DNA of 55,777 nucleotides from a virus. Its lineage: Duplodnaviria > Caudoviricetes. A program made the position numbers and the translations under genes. Of this stretch, positions 28,619 to 36,939 are shown in pieces (the first letter of the stretch is position 1; each line of letters begins with the position of its first letter). Under the pieces are notes generated by a model. The model was not told the origin of the DNA, did no database searches, and saw only the letters and a list, made by a program, of their open reading frames with translations. The DNA lies in the IMG/VR virus record IMGVR_UViG_3300018080_000215, positions 1-55,777 of that record; one strand, written 5' to 3'.

Positions 28619-28993
28619 TTTGTTGCCAGCAATCATGACGATGGTGGAGTCTTGTCTGACTTCGGTCGAATGAGGGATTCCCAAAACGACGAAGCAGAGT
28701 GCATTCTTGGTGGTGGTGACGATTATCAATCGCCATGCAAGAACACCCCTCCCGGGCCTCGGGTTATCTGTTGGACACAGATGAACGAGACTCCAGAGGG
28801 TGGTGACGCGATCACTGATGAGGATAGGGCGAATGCCAATCTGATTGCGGCAGCACCGGAGTTACTGGCTGCATCTAAGTGCGCACTGGCTGACTTGATG
28901 GGGATGTCGGACTTAGTAGAAGAAGGTCATCCTTGCTTTGCGACTATCGAAGAACTCCAAGCCGCCATAGTCAAGGCAGAAGGGAGGGAGTGA
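28595..28993 (+). CDS. HTPGPW...AAAPELL family phage protein, copy 2
   Basis: MTHTPGPW, ANANLIAAAPELLAA and AAIVKAEG motifs. Confidence 0.8.
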   Translation: MTHTPGPWFVASNHDDGGVLSDFGRMRDSQNDEAECILGGGDDYQSPCKNTPPGPRVICWTQMNETPEGGDAITDEDRANANLIAAAPELLAASKCALADLMGMSDLVEEGHPCFATIEELQAAIVKAEGRE

Positions 28994-29244
28994 TGATAAA
29001 GCCTTTTACTTACACTTGCATTCGGATTGCAGACTTTTGTGAACACAACGGACTCGACCTTGACGAGGTACTGTGGGAGATTTCGGAGTGTGATGTGGCG
29101 TCGTTTGGCGACAACTACGACACCCTAATCACAATACCCCAGTTAGAGAGTGTGCTTCAGGATATTCTCGACGAGGATGGCCTCAAGGCTCTCGACTACG
29201 GAGTCAAGGACATCCTGACTACTCGCATTAGTCTGGGGTCTTGA
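28993..29244 (+). CDS. Acidic hypothetical protein
   Basis: GGAGG RBS, TGATG coupling. Confidence 0.6.
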   Translation: MIKPFTYTCIRIADFCEHNGLDLDEVLWEISECDVASFGDNYDTLITIPQLESVLQDILDEDGLKALDYGVKDILTTRISLGS

Positions 29245-29245
29245 T

Positions 29246-29500
29246 ATGAGTTGGGCTGACCAATGCAAGTATTCCAAGCCGTTAGTGGAACACCTCTGTA
29301 TGTATTGCAAGTCTGAGATGGACTTCGACAGAGTGATGTTTCTACAGGAGACAGGCAGACCTTGTGTGTGTCTGTCATGCTCCGAAGAATCACCCAAGTT
29401 GACCCTCATGGAATATGGTCACAAGACTGCCGGGTATCTGGTGGTTGTTGGCAAGGGTGATGAGGATAAGGCGATTCGTTGTTATCGCCGAAGTAGATGA
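29246..29500 (+). CDS. Small zinc-finger protein (DksA/TraR C4-like spacing)
   Basis: CxxC...R..........CxxC then HKTAG motif. Confidence 0.55.
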   Translation: MSWADQCKYSKPLVEHLCMYCKSEMDFDRVMFLQETGRPCVCLSCSEESPKLTLMEYGHKTAGYLVVVGKGDEDKAIRCYRRSR

Positions 29501-29509
29501 GTCTGGCTA

Positions 29510-29544
29510 ACGCCCCGAAGGGGCGTCTGTAGCGATGGCTTTTT
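29510..29544 (+). promoter_or_regulatory. Hairpin-AGCGATGG element 6
   Basis: ACGCCCC-GAA-GGGGCGT CTGT AGCGATGGCTTTTT. Confidence 0.8.
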
Positions 29545-29602
29545 GCAGCGGCTTCGACGCCGCAGTTTTCTGTTTTTCCCCTTTTGAAAGAGAGGTTTGT
29601 CG

Positions 29603-30034
29603 ATGGCTAAGAGTCGTGCCGAAGTGTTGGAGAGTCTGAAAGGCATCTTCAGTGGTAAGGAAAGCCCCAAGAAGGGAGGTCAACGTCCCGCTAAGGATGC
29701 GTTTCCTCGGCCCAAGTCTTCTGTTGTCGCTGTTGATGACGAGGAAGAGGAGGACGAAGACGAGTTGGAGGAGTCCGAAGTCGAAGATGAAGAGGAGGAA
29801 GCCGAGGATTCGGAAGACACCGAAGCCGAAGCCGAGGACTACGAGTCTGATGATGATGACTCCGACGATCTCGATGATGACCAGTACGAGGAGGAGGAAG
29901 AGGACGAGGAGGAAGAGGACGTTGATACGTCACCTGTCGAAGACCTTCTCGACCGCGTCGAGTCTCTTCTGGACTTTGTTGCGGAGCATCATGCCGCACT
30001 GAAGTCCTACCTCGATCATCTCAAGGTGAGTTGA
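29603..30034 (+). CDS. Protein with basic N-terminus and long D/E tract
   Basis: GAGG RBS; central region almost entirely Asp/Glu. Confidence 0.75.
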   Translation: MAKSRAEVLESLKGIFSGKESPKKGGQRPAKDAFPRPKSSVVAVDDEEEEDEDELEESEVEDEEEEAEDSEDTEAEAEDYESDDDDSDDLDDDQYEEEEEDEEEEDVDTSPVEDLLDRVESLLDFVAEHHAALKSYLDHLKVS

Positions 30035-30050
30035 TCGACAATCGTTCAGT

Positions 30051-30098
30051 AGCCCCCCCGATTGCCCTTGTTTTCAAGGCTTTCGGGGGGGCTTTTCT
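30051..30098 (+). terminator. Intrinsic terminator
   Basis: AGCCCCCCCGA...TCGGGGGGGCT-TTTCT after the acidic gene. Confidence 0.7.
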
Positions 30099-30178
30099 AT
30101 TGCTGCTCTTGACATGGGGTTCACCTTGAAGGGTGAGCCTTTTTCTTTGCCCATTCACCCCGTTTATGAGGTTTCCAA

Positions 30179-31087
30179 ATGATTCGTAAGACGATTACCG
30201 ATGACGGTGTTCAGGTCTATTGGGACTCTGCGAAGGCTCCCAGGTCTGTCGTTCGTAAGTCATTCCGGGCCGCTGGCTTCGACAGCCTTGTCCCCCTCTT
30301 CGATCCTGTCGAGTGTCTCAAGCGAGTCGCTCATGACATTGTCGAGGTTGCTGGACTGAAGGTTCGCGGCCAGCCTATCGAGCCGAAGCAGTTGCGCCGC
30401 GATGTTGTCGGTGTTACTGCTGTTCGGGAGATCAAGGGAGCGAAGCGTAACGACTATCGCAACCTGTTCTCTATCGGCTGCACTGGCACCAACGCCGAGG
30501 ACTTCGAGGTTCGGTTCTTCGACGTTGACCCCGTCGAGGCTCCCGATATTGCCAAGAACTTGCAGGCTACCGAGCAGGCTGCCAAGTCTTTGTGGTCTGG
30601 GCACAAGGATTGGATGCCTGCCCAGGACATCACCTCTGCTATCCGAGGACTGTTGTTTCGACTGCATGGCACCATGCTGAAGAAGTCCGGTGGTGTTTAC
30701 TTCCTGCCGGAAGAACATCTCCAGACTTTCGAGAAGGTTGTCAGTCCTATCGAACAGTCTGAGTCCGAGTTGTGTGTGACCACTTGTTCGTTCGACATTC
30801 AGGCCAATCAGCGCATGTTCGACCGACTGCTGGCTGCCCTGGAAGCGGAAATCTTGGAGCAGACTTCCAAGATGAACGAGGACATTGCGAATATGTCCGA
30901 CAAGTCGAAGAAGATGCGGCGTAACGGCATCGAACGGCGGCTCTCTGACATCTGCCGCTGGACTGACAAGGTCGAGTATTACGAGAAGTTGATGGGTACA
31001 ACGATGCCCAAACTTCGCGAGGCGATTGACACTGCCCAGTATGCCATCGGTGTGCATGGTCTTGTCTCAATGGGGGCTAACTCTTGA
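30179..31087 (+). CDS. Partner protein of the MoxR/vWA module (DUF6744-like)
   Basis: SGGVYFLP motif and YYEKLMG C-terminal helix; directly upstream of AAA+ and vWA genes. Confidence 0.65.
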   Translation: MIRKTITDDGVQVYWDSAKAPRSVVRKSFRAAGFDSLVPLFDPVECLKRVAHDIVEVAGLKVRGQPIEPKQLRRDVVGVTAVREIKGAKRNDYRNLFSIGCTGTNAEDFEVRFFDVDPVEAPDIAKNLQATEQAAKSLWSGHKDWMPAQDITSAIRGLLFRLHGTMLKKSGGVYFLPEEHLQTFEKVVSPIEQSESELCVTTCSFDIQANQRMFDRLLAALEAEILEQTSKMNEDIANMSDKSKKMRRNGIERRLSDICRWTDKVEYYEKLMGTTMPKLREAIDTAQYAIGVHGLVSMGANS

Positions 31088-31095
31088 GTCTCCCA

Positions 31096-31131
31096 ACCGT
31101 CCTTACGGACGGTCAGAAGCGATGGCTTTTT
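31096..31131 (+). promoter_or_regulatory. Hairpin-AGCGATGG element 7 (4-nt loop variant)
   Basis: ACCGTCC-TTAC-GGACGGT CAGA AGCGATGGCTTTTT. Confidence 0.75.
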
Positions 31132-31190
31132 GCCAGCCGACCGGCGAACCGGTACGGCATTTCATTCCTACAACAAAGCGAGGTTCACAA

Positions 31191-32333
31191 ATGGTTACGA
31201 CTGCTGCCCCCCGAAACATTCGGGGTGGCGAAGTTCTCATCCCCAACATGGCATATCACATTGCCATTCAAACCCGAGTCCCGGCCTTGGCCTGGGGTGG
31301 TACTGGTGTTGTCAAGACTCAAGGCAATGCCGCTCTGGCTAAGGCATTGGGGTTCAAGTTCTATCCTCTCATCGGTAGTTGCCATGCCCCCGAAGACTTC
31401 GGCGGTATCCCGTTCCCGGTGTTCAACGAGGGTCACACCGAACTGCTGCCAATGAAGTGGGTTCGCAAGACCCGCGATCCGTATTGGTTCATCTTCATGG
31501 ACGAGGTAACGACCATTCCGATTCAGGTTCGCCCACCGGCTCTTTCAATGTTGAGCGAACGCCGCATTGGTGAGTGTGTTATGCACCCCACCACTATCAT
31601 TTGTGGTGCCACCAATCCCCCGGAGTTGGCTCCCAACGCCGCTCCACTGGAGAAGTCTTTGCTCAATCGCTTCTATCACCACAAGTGGGAGTTCCCTCTT
31701 GCTGAATGGGTGAAGGGTATGCGACAGGGGCAGAACTTCGACGAGCCGAAAGTGACTATCCTCCCCGACAACTGGGAGACTTACATCGGCAAGTGGTCAA
31801 GCCTCGTTGGCAACTTCATTATGTCTCGTCCTGAAATGGCCGAGGAAGATCATTCCAAGTGCGACGATGACCGACTGTCATTCGCATCACCCCGGGCTTG
31901 GTCAAAGGCTGCCCTGTTACTGGCTGGTGCCGAGGCTTGCGATGCTCCGGTCGAAGTCTATGTGCAGTTGTTGTCTGGCATGATTGGTGAGGCGAACGGC
32001 AGTGAGTTCGTTGCTCATCTCCATGCTACTGAACTGTACAGTCCTGACGAGATTCTGAACGGCGACGTTACTGTCGATTGGCAGAAGAGTCGCTTCGATG
32101 TTCTGGCCTGTTTGCCCAGTGCTATCGTCGGGGCAATCAAGAGCGAGAACAGCGACAAGCGTTTCAGTAATGCCGTCAAGTTCTTCGTCGAACTGTGTGA
32201 GCATGAGGCCGACCTTGCACTCTATCCGCTACTGGAACTGATGCCACTGATGCCCGATGGACACCGTCTTGACCAAGATGCTGCGGTCAAGTTCTCCGGT
32301 GTCGTTCGTCAAATGGAACAGGGGGTGAACTGA
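31191..32333 (+). CDS. MoxR-type AAA+ ATPase
   Basis: WGGTGVVKT (variant Walker A), PEDFGGIP, FIFMDE Walker B, ATNPP sensor, LLNRF Arg finger, ASPRAW. Confidence 0.85.
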   Translation: MVTTAAPRNIRGGEVLIPNMAYHIAIQTRVPALAWGGTGVVKTQGNAALAKALGFKFYPLIGSCHAPEDFGGIPFPVFNEGHTELLPMKWVRKTRDPYWFIFMDEVTTIPIQVRPPALSMLSERRIGECVMHPTTIICGATNPPELAPNAAPLEKSLLNRFYHHKWEFPLAEWVKGMRQGQNFDEPKVTILPDNWETYIGKWSSLVGNFIMSRPEMAEEDHSKCDDDRLSFASPRAWSKAALLLAGAEACDAPVEVYVQLLSGMIGEANGSEFVAHLHATELYSPDEILNGDVTVDWQKSRFDVLACLPSAIVGAIKSENSDKRFSNAVKFFVELCEHEADLALYPLLELMPLMPDGHRLDQDAAVKFSGVVRQMEQGVN

Positions 32334-33856
32334 TGGAGAAGATGACAAGAGATCGTCTGATTATCGCCAAGGCTAAGGAGCGATGCCGCCAGTGGATGCC
32401 CTACTTGCGGCGTTTGTTCCTGCCGATGCGTTGTATTGCCAAAGACAACATCCCTACTGCGGCAGTCGATAAGTATTGCCGTATGTATTACAACCCGGGA
32501 TTCGTCAGCAAACTGACTGTCCCGCAGATGGCTTACGTCATTCTGCATGAGGTTCTTCATGTGGTGCTATCACACCACAAGAGAACGGCCAGGATGGCCC
32601 CCAATGCTGACAAGCAAACCCTGTTCCTTGCCAACATCGCTCAAGACCTGTGTATTCAGCAGGCTTTGCAGTCTGACGTTGGCTGCCATGAACCGGAAGA
32701 CATCGTTCGCATTGACCAGTGGACTCATATCGACGGCATCGAGCCGGGTATGACCAGTGAGCAATACTTCTACGCTCTCCGCGAATGGTACGAGAATCGG
32801 GAGGACGGGGAGCCAACAGAAGGCGAAGACGAGTCACCCTCGGAAGACTCCGAAGAAGGCTTAGGTTCTCCCCAAGACTCCGAGTCAGACGGCGATTCGG
32901 AAAATGATTCCGATGGCGATGAAGACTCCGATGGGGATGGTGAGTCATCGGCAGATGACGGTGATGAAGAGTCTGACGAAGACGGCAGCGATGGCGGGCA
33001 GTCTTCGGAAGACGATGATTCCGATAGCGATGCGGAATCGGAGGCGACCGGCAGCGGTCAAGGTGAGTCAGATTCCCAATCGGAAGTAGACACTTCGGGT
33101 ATGCCAGCGATGGGGGATATTTGTAATCCTGCCCATGCTGGTTCCAACTCTGACGGTGAAGAAAAGCCTTGGGAAGACCCGCCGACTCTCGCTGATGTTG
33201 CCAACCAAGAGCGGGCTTTGAGGGAAGTCGAGAAAGACATCGACGAATGTCAGAGTCTCGGGGCTGGTGGCGGCGGGATTCGTCAGTCACTCAAGGCTCG
33301 GCTGCATCCTCTGCCAGACCCGTTCGACGAACTCCGTACTGCTGTTGGTCGGACGCTGGTGGCGGCTGCTGGCGATCCCCGGAAGACCTACCGCAAGTAT
33401 CCCCGTCGCACTCTTCCCGGTGATGGAAGGCTCATGGGCACTGAGCATATCCAGCCGGAAGCGGTGATCTTGCTAGACACCAGTGGTTCTATGGAGTCTA
33501 GCGCAATCAAGGATCGAGCCTTGACGATTGTCGCCAAGGGTATCTCGCGATTGCAGAATCCCCGTATCGTTTGTTGCGACGGGGTGGTGCAGTCTGAGAA
33601 CCGGGTGGCGAATATGTCCCGGTTTACCTGGGACGGCGGTGGCGGCACTGATATGACAGCCGGTCTTCTCTACGTCCAAGAGAAGTACAACCCCGACGCT
33701 ATCGTCATCATCACTGACGGTATCACCCACTGGCCGACCGAAAAGTTACGGGCCAAGGTTATCTGTGCTTTGTGTTGTGGTGCTTGGGCAGAACGAGTGC
33801 CGAAGTGGCTCAAGACTGTGCATCTATATCGGGAGCAACACAAATATGCTCTCTGA
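32333..33856 (+). CDS. Metallopeptidase-like (HExxH) + acidic linker + vWA domain protein
   Basis: PTAAVD..YYNP, LHEVLH, DTSGS MIDAS, GGGGTDM, IITDG. Confidence 0.9.
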   Translation: MEKMTRDRLIIAKAKERCRQWMPYLRRLFLPMRCIAKDNIPTAAVDKYCRMYYNPGFVSKLTVPQMAYVILHEVLHVVLSHHKRTARMAPNADKQTLFLANIAQDLCIQQALQSDVGCHEPEDIVRIDQWTHIDGIEPGMTSEQYFYALREWYENREDGEPTEGEDESPSEDSEEGLGSPQDSESDGDSENDSDGDEDSDGDGESSADDGDEESDEDGSDGGQSSEDDDSDSDAESEATGSGQGESDSQSEVDTSGMPAMGDICNPAHAGSNSDGEEKPWEDPPTLADVANQERALREVEKDIDECQSLGAGGGGIRQSLKARLHPLPDPFDELRTAVGRTLVAAAGDPRKTYRKYPRRTLPGDGRLMGTEHIQPEAVILLDTSGSMESSAIKDRALTIVAKGISRLQNPRIVCCDGVVQSENRVANMSRFTWDGGGGTDMTAGLLYVQEKYNPDAIVIITDGITHWPTEKLRAKVICALCCGAWAERVPKWLKTVHLYREQHKYAL

Positions 33857-33919
33857 AATAATCACTGTCGCTGTACTCATTTACGTCTTTTCAATCTTAC
33901 TCTCTAACGAAACGGGACT

Positions 33920-34993
33920 ATGAACAATCTGTGCAATATGGAATCTTACTACCAACAGTATTGGCGGTGGGGCGATGAAAAGAATTTTCGGCGTTCCCTA
34001 GATAATGCCCATAAAGTGCGGCCTCGATGCGATCTGAATGATTGGACGCTGGCCGATGCTGCTAGGTTTTGGATTGGCAATAACGATGGCCTGTTGGAAT
34101 CTATGGAGACGTTCGACATACCCGATGGGTTTGTTGTTGTTCTTGCTGCCACCATGATTATGCGGAGTTGCGCAGCAGAGCATCATCGCCGTTATGTGGA
34201 TAACGGGGTTCAACACATGTCCTTGGGGAGGCCGCTAGCCAACAATGCGTACTTCCCAGTGTACTGTGAGCGACTTCAACAGGATGCCATTTTATCTGAC
34301 CCGATTTGTAGGAGTCCTGAAGACAACAAGGTGACGCAATCTCACTTTTGCAGGAGTTTGTTTCGGGCTATTACAGAACATGATACTTGTACCCATTTCT
34401 TCTCGATGGATATTCCTACTGCCCGGGAGTATTGCGCAAGAACGCACTGCACTGCCAATGACAGTTCTATGCCCCAATGCGTACCCCAGGTTATGTGGGA
34501 AAAACACCCCGAGTTCTTCACCAGTGAGCGGCTGAACTACCAAGGTGTGTATCACCTCTGGCCCGCATTTCGGTCTGCACTCACCAGCGAACCTCCAACA
34601 ATTTCTATCAAGCGGCAGCGCAGTCACAAACTGGTTCCTGTGGTTCCGAGAATGACTGTCGAAATTCTTGAGTCCTTTCGGATGAACTGTCTTTCCTATG
34701 TCAAGGAAGCCGGGGAGAGATACTTTTTTCGCGAACAGTTGAAAGAGATTATCGGAGCCGTAGGCCAATGTAGGTTGCAGTACCGTTTCATACTGAGTGC
34801 TACTGGCAAGGATGTGCAGATGTACTTGCGTAAATTCGACCTGACTTTCCTGCGTTTGTTGTGTTGGAAGTGGAAAGTAATGAACCCGCTCTGTGATAAC
34901 AACAGCCTTCATTACTGGGGACTTGAGCAAGATCAGTGGTCATCTCTCGCGAAAGACGTTTATTTGTGGGACTCTGAACCCCTTACTTACTGA
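33920..34993 (+). CDS. Hypothetical protein, 357 aa
   Basis: Long ORF, Cys/Trp-rich, no motif recognised. Confidence 0.6.
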   Translation: MNNLCNMESYYQQYWRWGDEKNFRRSLDNAHKVRPRCDLNDWTLADAARFWIGNNDGLLESMETFDIPDGFVVVLAATMIMRSCAAEHHRRYVDNGVQHMSLGRPLANNAYFPVYCERLQQDAILSDPICRSPEDNKVTQSHFCRSLFRAITEHDTCTHFFSMDIPTAREYCARTHCTANDSSMPQCVPQVMWEKHPEFFTSERLNYQGVYHLWPAFRSALTSEPPTISIKRQRSHKLVPVVPRMTVEILESFRMNCLSYVKEAGERYFFREQLKEIIGAVGQCRLQYRFILSATGKDVQMYLRKFDLTFLRLLCWKWKVMNPLCDNNSLHYWGLEQDQWSSLAKDVYLWDSEPLTY

Positions 34994-35007
34994 AGAAAGG
35001 ATATGCC

Positions 35008-35304
35008 ATGTCAGGCAAGAAACTGCCGATGATTCGTCTTACCCGTCTCTTCCCTCTAACTGACCCCAATGTTCCCAAACTGGTTGCAGACTTGGGCTTT
35101 GAGGTCGCTCTTGTCGAACCGCCAAAGACTCGCCCCGAGAAAAAGAAAAAGGCTAGTCGCCGTAGACCGCCGGTCGCCCTGACTAAGGAGCGGCTGGCCG
35201 AGTTTCGTAGGGCTAGGAACGGTGGCAAAACTTACGGGCAGATCGCCAAAATCTTTGGCGTTACTCCTGCCCGCGCTTGGCAGATTGTGAACAAGGGGAA
35301 ATGA
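35008..35304 (+). CDS. HTH DNA-binding protein (sigma region 4-like)
   Basis: GKTYGQIAKIFGVTPARAWQIV. Confidence 0.75.
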   Translation: MSGKKLPMIRLTRLFPLTDPNVPKLVADLGFEVALVEPPKTRPEKKKKASRRRPPVALTKERLAEFRRARNGGKTYGQIAKIFGVTPARAWQIVNKGK

Positions 35305-36275
35305 ACATGAACTTCTTCATCCCCCGCACAACCTTTCAGATTGCCAAGTCTGATGGTGCTGATGCCAAGTCACATAGGGAGTTTGCATCAGTGATGATAG
35401 CGGCAATGGAGGCCGCTTGCGACCATTATGGTGGCAGTCTGAGGGAGATTGACCCGTTCACCCCAACGCTCTTGATGATGGAGGCTGAGTGGGCTGAGTT
35501 GCGTATGCCCTACTACAACCTCTGGCCCTCTATCATTCCTGCCCTAACTAAGTTGCGGCTGGACGTTGATGCTAGTCACTTCAAGTTACCAGTATCACCC
35601 TTACTGATTAGGTTTCCATCGACTGTCCCGCACCCGTTGCGGTGGAGTTACGATGGGCAAGAGTGGGTTGTTCAAACCTTATTGGTTGATGACCAACCTG
35701 TCCGTATGTGCGAGAAACTTCGGCATCGGCATCCCGATCTGCCGAACGGCTCCGATGTACCGGCACTGTCTTTTTTCGTAGACATTGACGAGCCGGTTGA
35801 AGGCAATGAGATGTTTCGACAGAAACTCTACAAGCATTGTCTCACCCTCCCGGGCTGGAGTATTGAGCGTAGTTTCTCGGAGATACCAGGGCACTCCTCT
35901 GCTGATAGTGGTGTTCAGTATCCAGACCATATCGTTCAAGACTTGGCGAGGATCGTCTGCACCCTCTGTCTCATGGCAGATGACCCACAACTGGTAGTGC
36001 CAGATGTTCTATCCAAGGACAAGCAGAAGTTCGCCGAGAGTCGCGACAGCAGGCTGGTAGCCAAAGCCCACAATCGGGGCAAGGTGGGCTGGAACGTAGG
36101 GGCAGACATCGAAGTCTCGCCACACTACAGAAACGCCAGCCCAGCGGCTCTCTACTGGACGGGACAGGGGAGGAAGGTGCCTCGCATCCGGTTCCGCAAA
36201 GGTTGTTTCGTACACCGGCAGCGTATGTCAAGTGTTCCGACAGGATACCTCTTACCGCAAGGAGAAAAGCGTTGA
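35301..36275 (+). CDS. Phage protein with C-terminal SPHxR...WTGxGR motif
   Basis: VSPHYR...YWTGQGRKVPRIRF; coupled start. Confidence 0.65.
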   Translation: MNMNFFIPRTTFQIAKSDGADAKSHREFASVMIAAMEAACDHYGGSLREIDPFTPTLLMMEAEWAELRMPYYNLWPSIIPALTKLRLDVDASHFKLPVSPLLIRFPSTVPHPLRWSYDGQEWVVQTLLVDDQPVRMCEKLRHRHPDLPNGSDVPALSFFVDIDEPVEGNEMFRQKLYKHCLTLPGWSIERSFSEIPGHSSADSGVQYPDHIVQDLARIVCTLCLMADDPQLVVPDVLSKDKQKFAESRDSRLVAKAHNRGKVGWNVGADIEVSPHYRNASPAALYWTGQGRKVPRIRFRKGCFVHRQRMSSVPTGYLLPQGEKR

Positions 36276-36685
36276 TCTATGACAACAAGGTTTATGCCCC
36301 ACACTTCGGGGTTTGGAATCTGGTGGAGCGACACCTACCCAAGATGGGCGAGGTAGTTCTTGGAATGGCCTGTCACAAGAAGGGTGGCCCGCAGGTTTTC
36401 CTTTGCGAATGGCGAATCGTTGAGGAACCTTCCGACTACAACTCCGAGCATCTATTCGCTGTAGGCGACCGGGATGCGGAGGAAGATGTAAGCATTGCCG
36501 ATCTGCACATGGCGGCATGGTTCCTGAGTTTCTACGAAACGGAATCAAGCGGCCAGTTGACGCTCCCCAATGTTTTGTTCTGGGCAGAAGCCCGCTTCCT
36601 TATTCAAACACCGCTGTCTGTGTGTGAGGAATGTGATGCACTCCACTGTGACTTCGGTGACTGCGATGAGGAGGATGAGGAATGA
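36272..36685 (+). CDS. Hypothetical protein
   Basis: AGGAG RBS before TTG overlapping the upstream stop. Confidence 0.55.
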   Translation: MIYDNKVYAPHFGVWNLVERHLPKMGEVVLGMACHKKGGPQVFLCEWRIVEEPSDYNSEHLFAVGDRDAEEDVSIADLHMAAWFLSFYETESSGQLTLPNVLFWAEARFLIQTPLSVCEECDALHCDFGDCDEEDEE

Positions 36686-36939
36686 AACCCACAATCAAGT
36701 CTGCGGTTGACATAGCAAACGCCGCCAAGCAAGCCCGCAATGCCCTTCCCGTTCGGGATGACTTGTTCGCCAAGGCATGGCGGCGAGTTCAAGCATCGCC
36801 TTGCCTGCTGCAATACGAAGAAGAACTCCTGGCTGACCCCGGCGATGACGATAATCTGCGGTGGTTGGTCAGTGCAAAGGTTAGCGACCTTGTTTACTGG
36901 GCAGAACTGATGCGGAGGGATAGCAATGAAGAGATATGA
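36682..36939 (+). CDS. Hypothetical protein
   Basis: ATGA coupling. Confidence 0.6.
   Translation: MKPTIKSAVDIANAAKQARNALPVRDDLFAKAWRRVQASPCLLQYEEELLADPGDDDNLRWLVSAKVSDLVYWAELMRRDSNEEI

Noticed and set aside
25487-31131. Early elements as ordinary intrinsic terminators, exact N4 promoters or sigma28 promoters
   Set aside because: No U-tract directly after the stem; GNA loop is on the opposite strand relative to N4 and no vRNAP is seen; box differs from GCCGATAA and lacks TAAA at 15-bp spacing.
32985-32995. Extra GCAGCGATGGC matches (also 42336-42346; AGCGATGG on minus near 40616-40623)
   Set aside because: Inside coding sequence with no hairpin at the fixed distance; treated as chance matches.
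29691-33290. Minus-strand ORFs 29691-29999, 30260-31057, 32538-33290
   Set aside because: Antisense to well-supported plus-strand genes.
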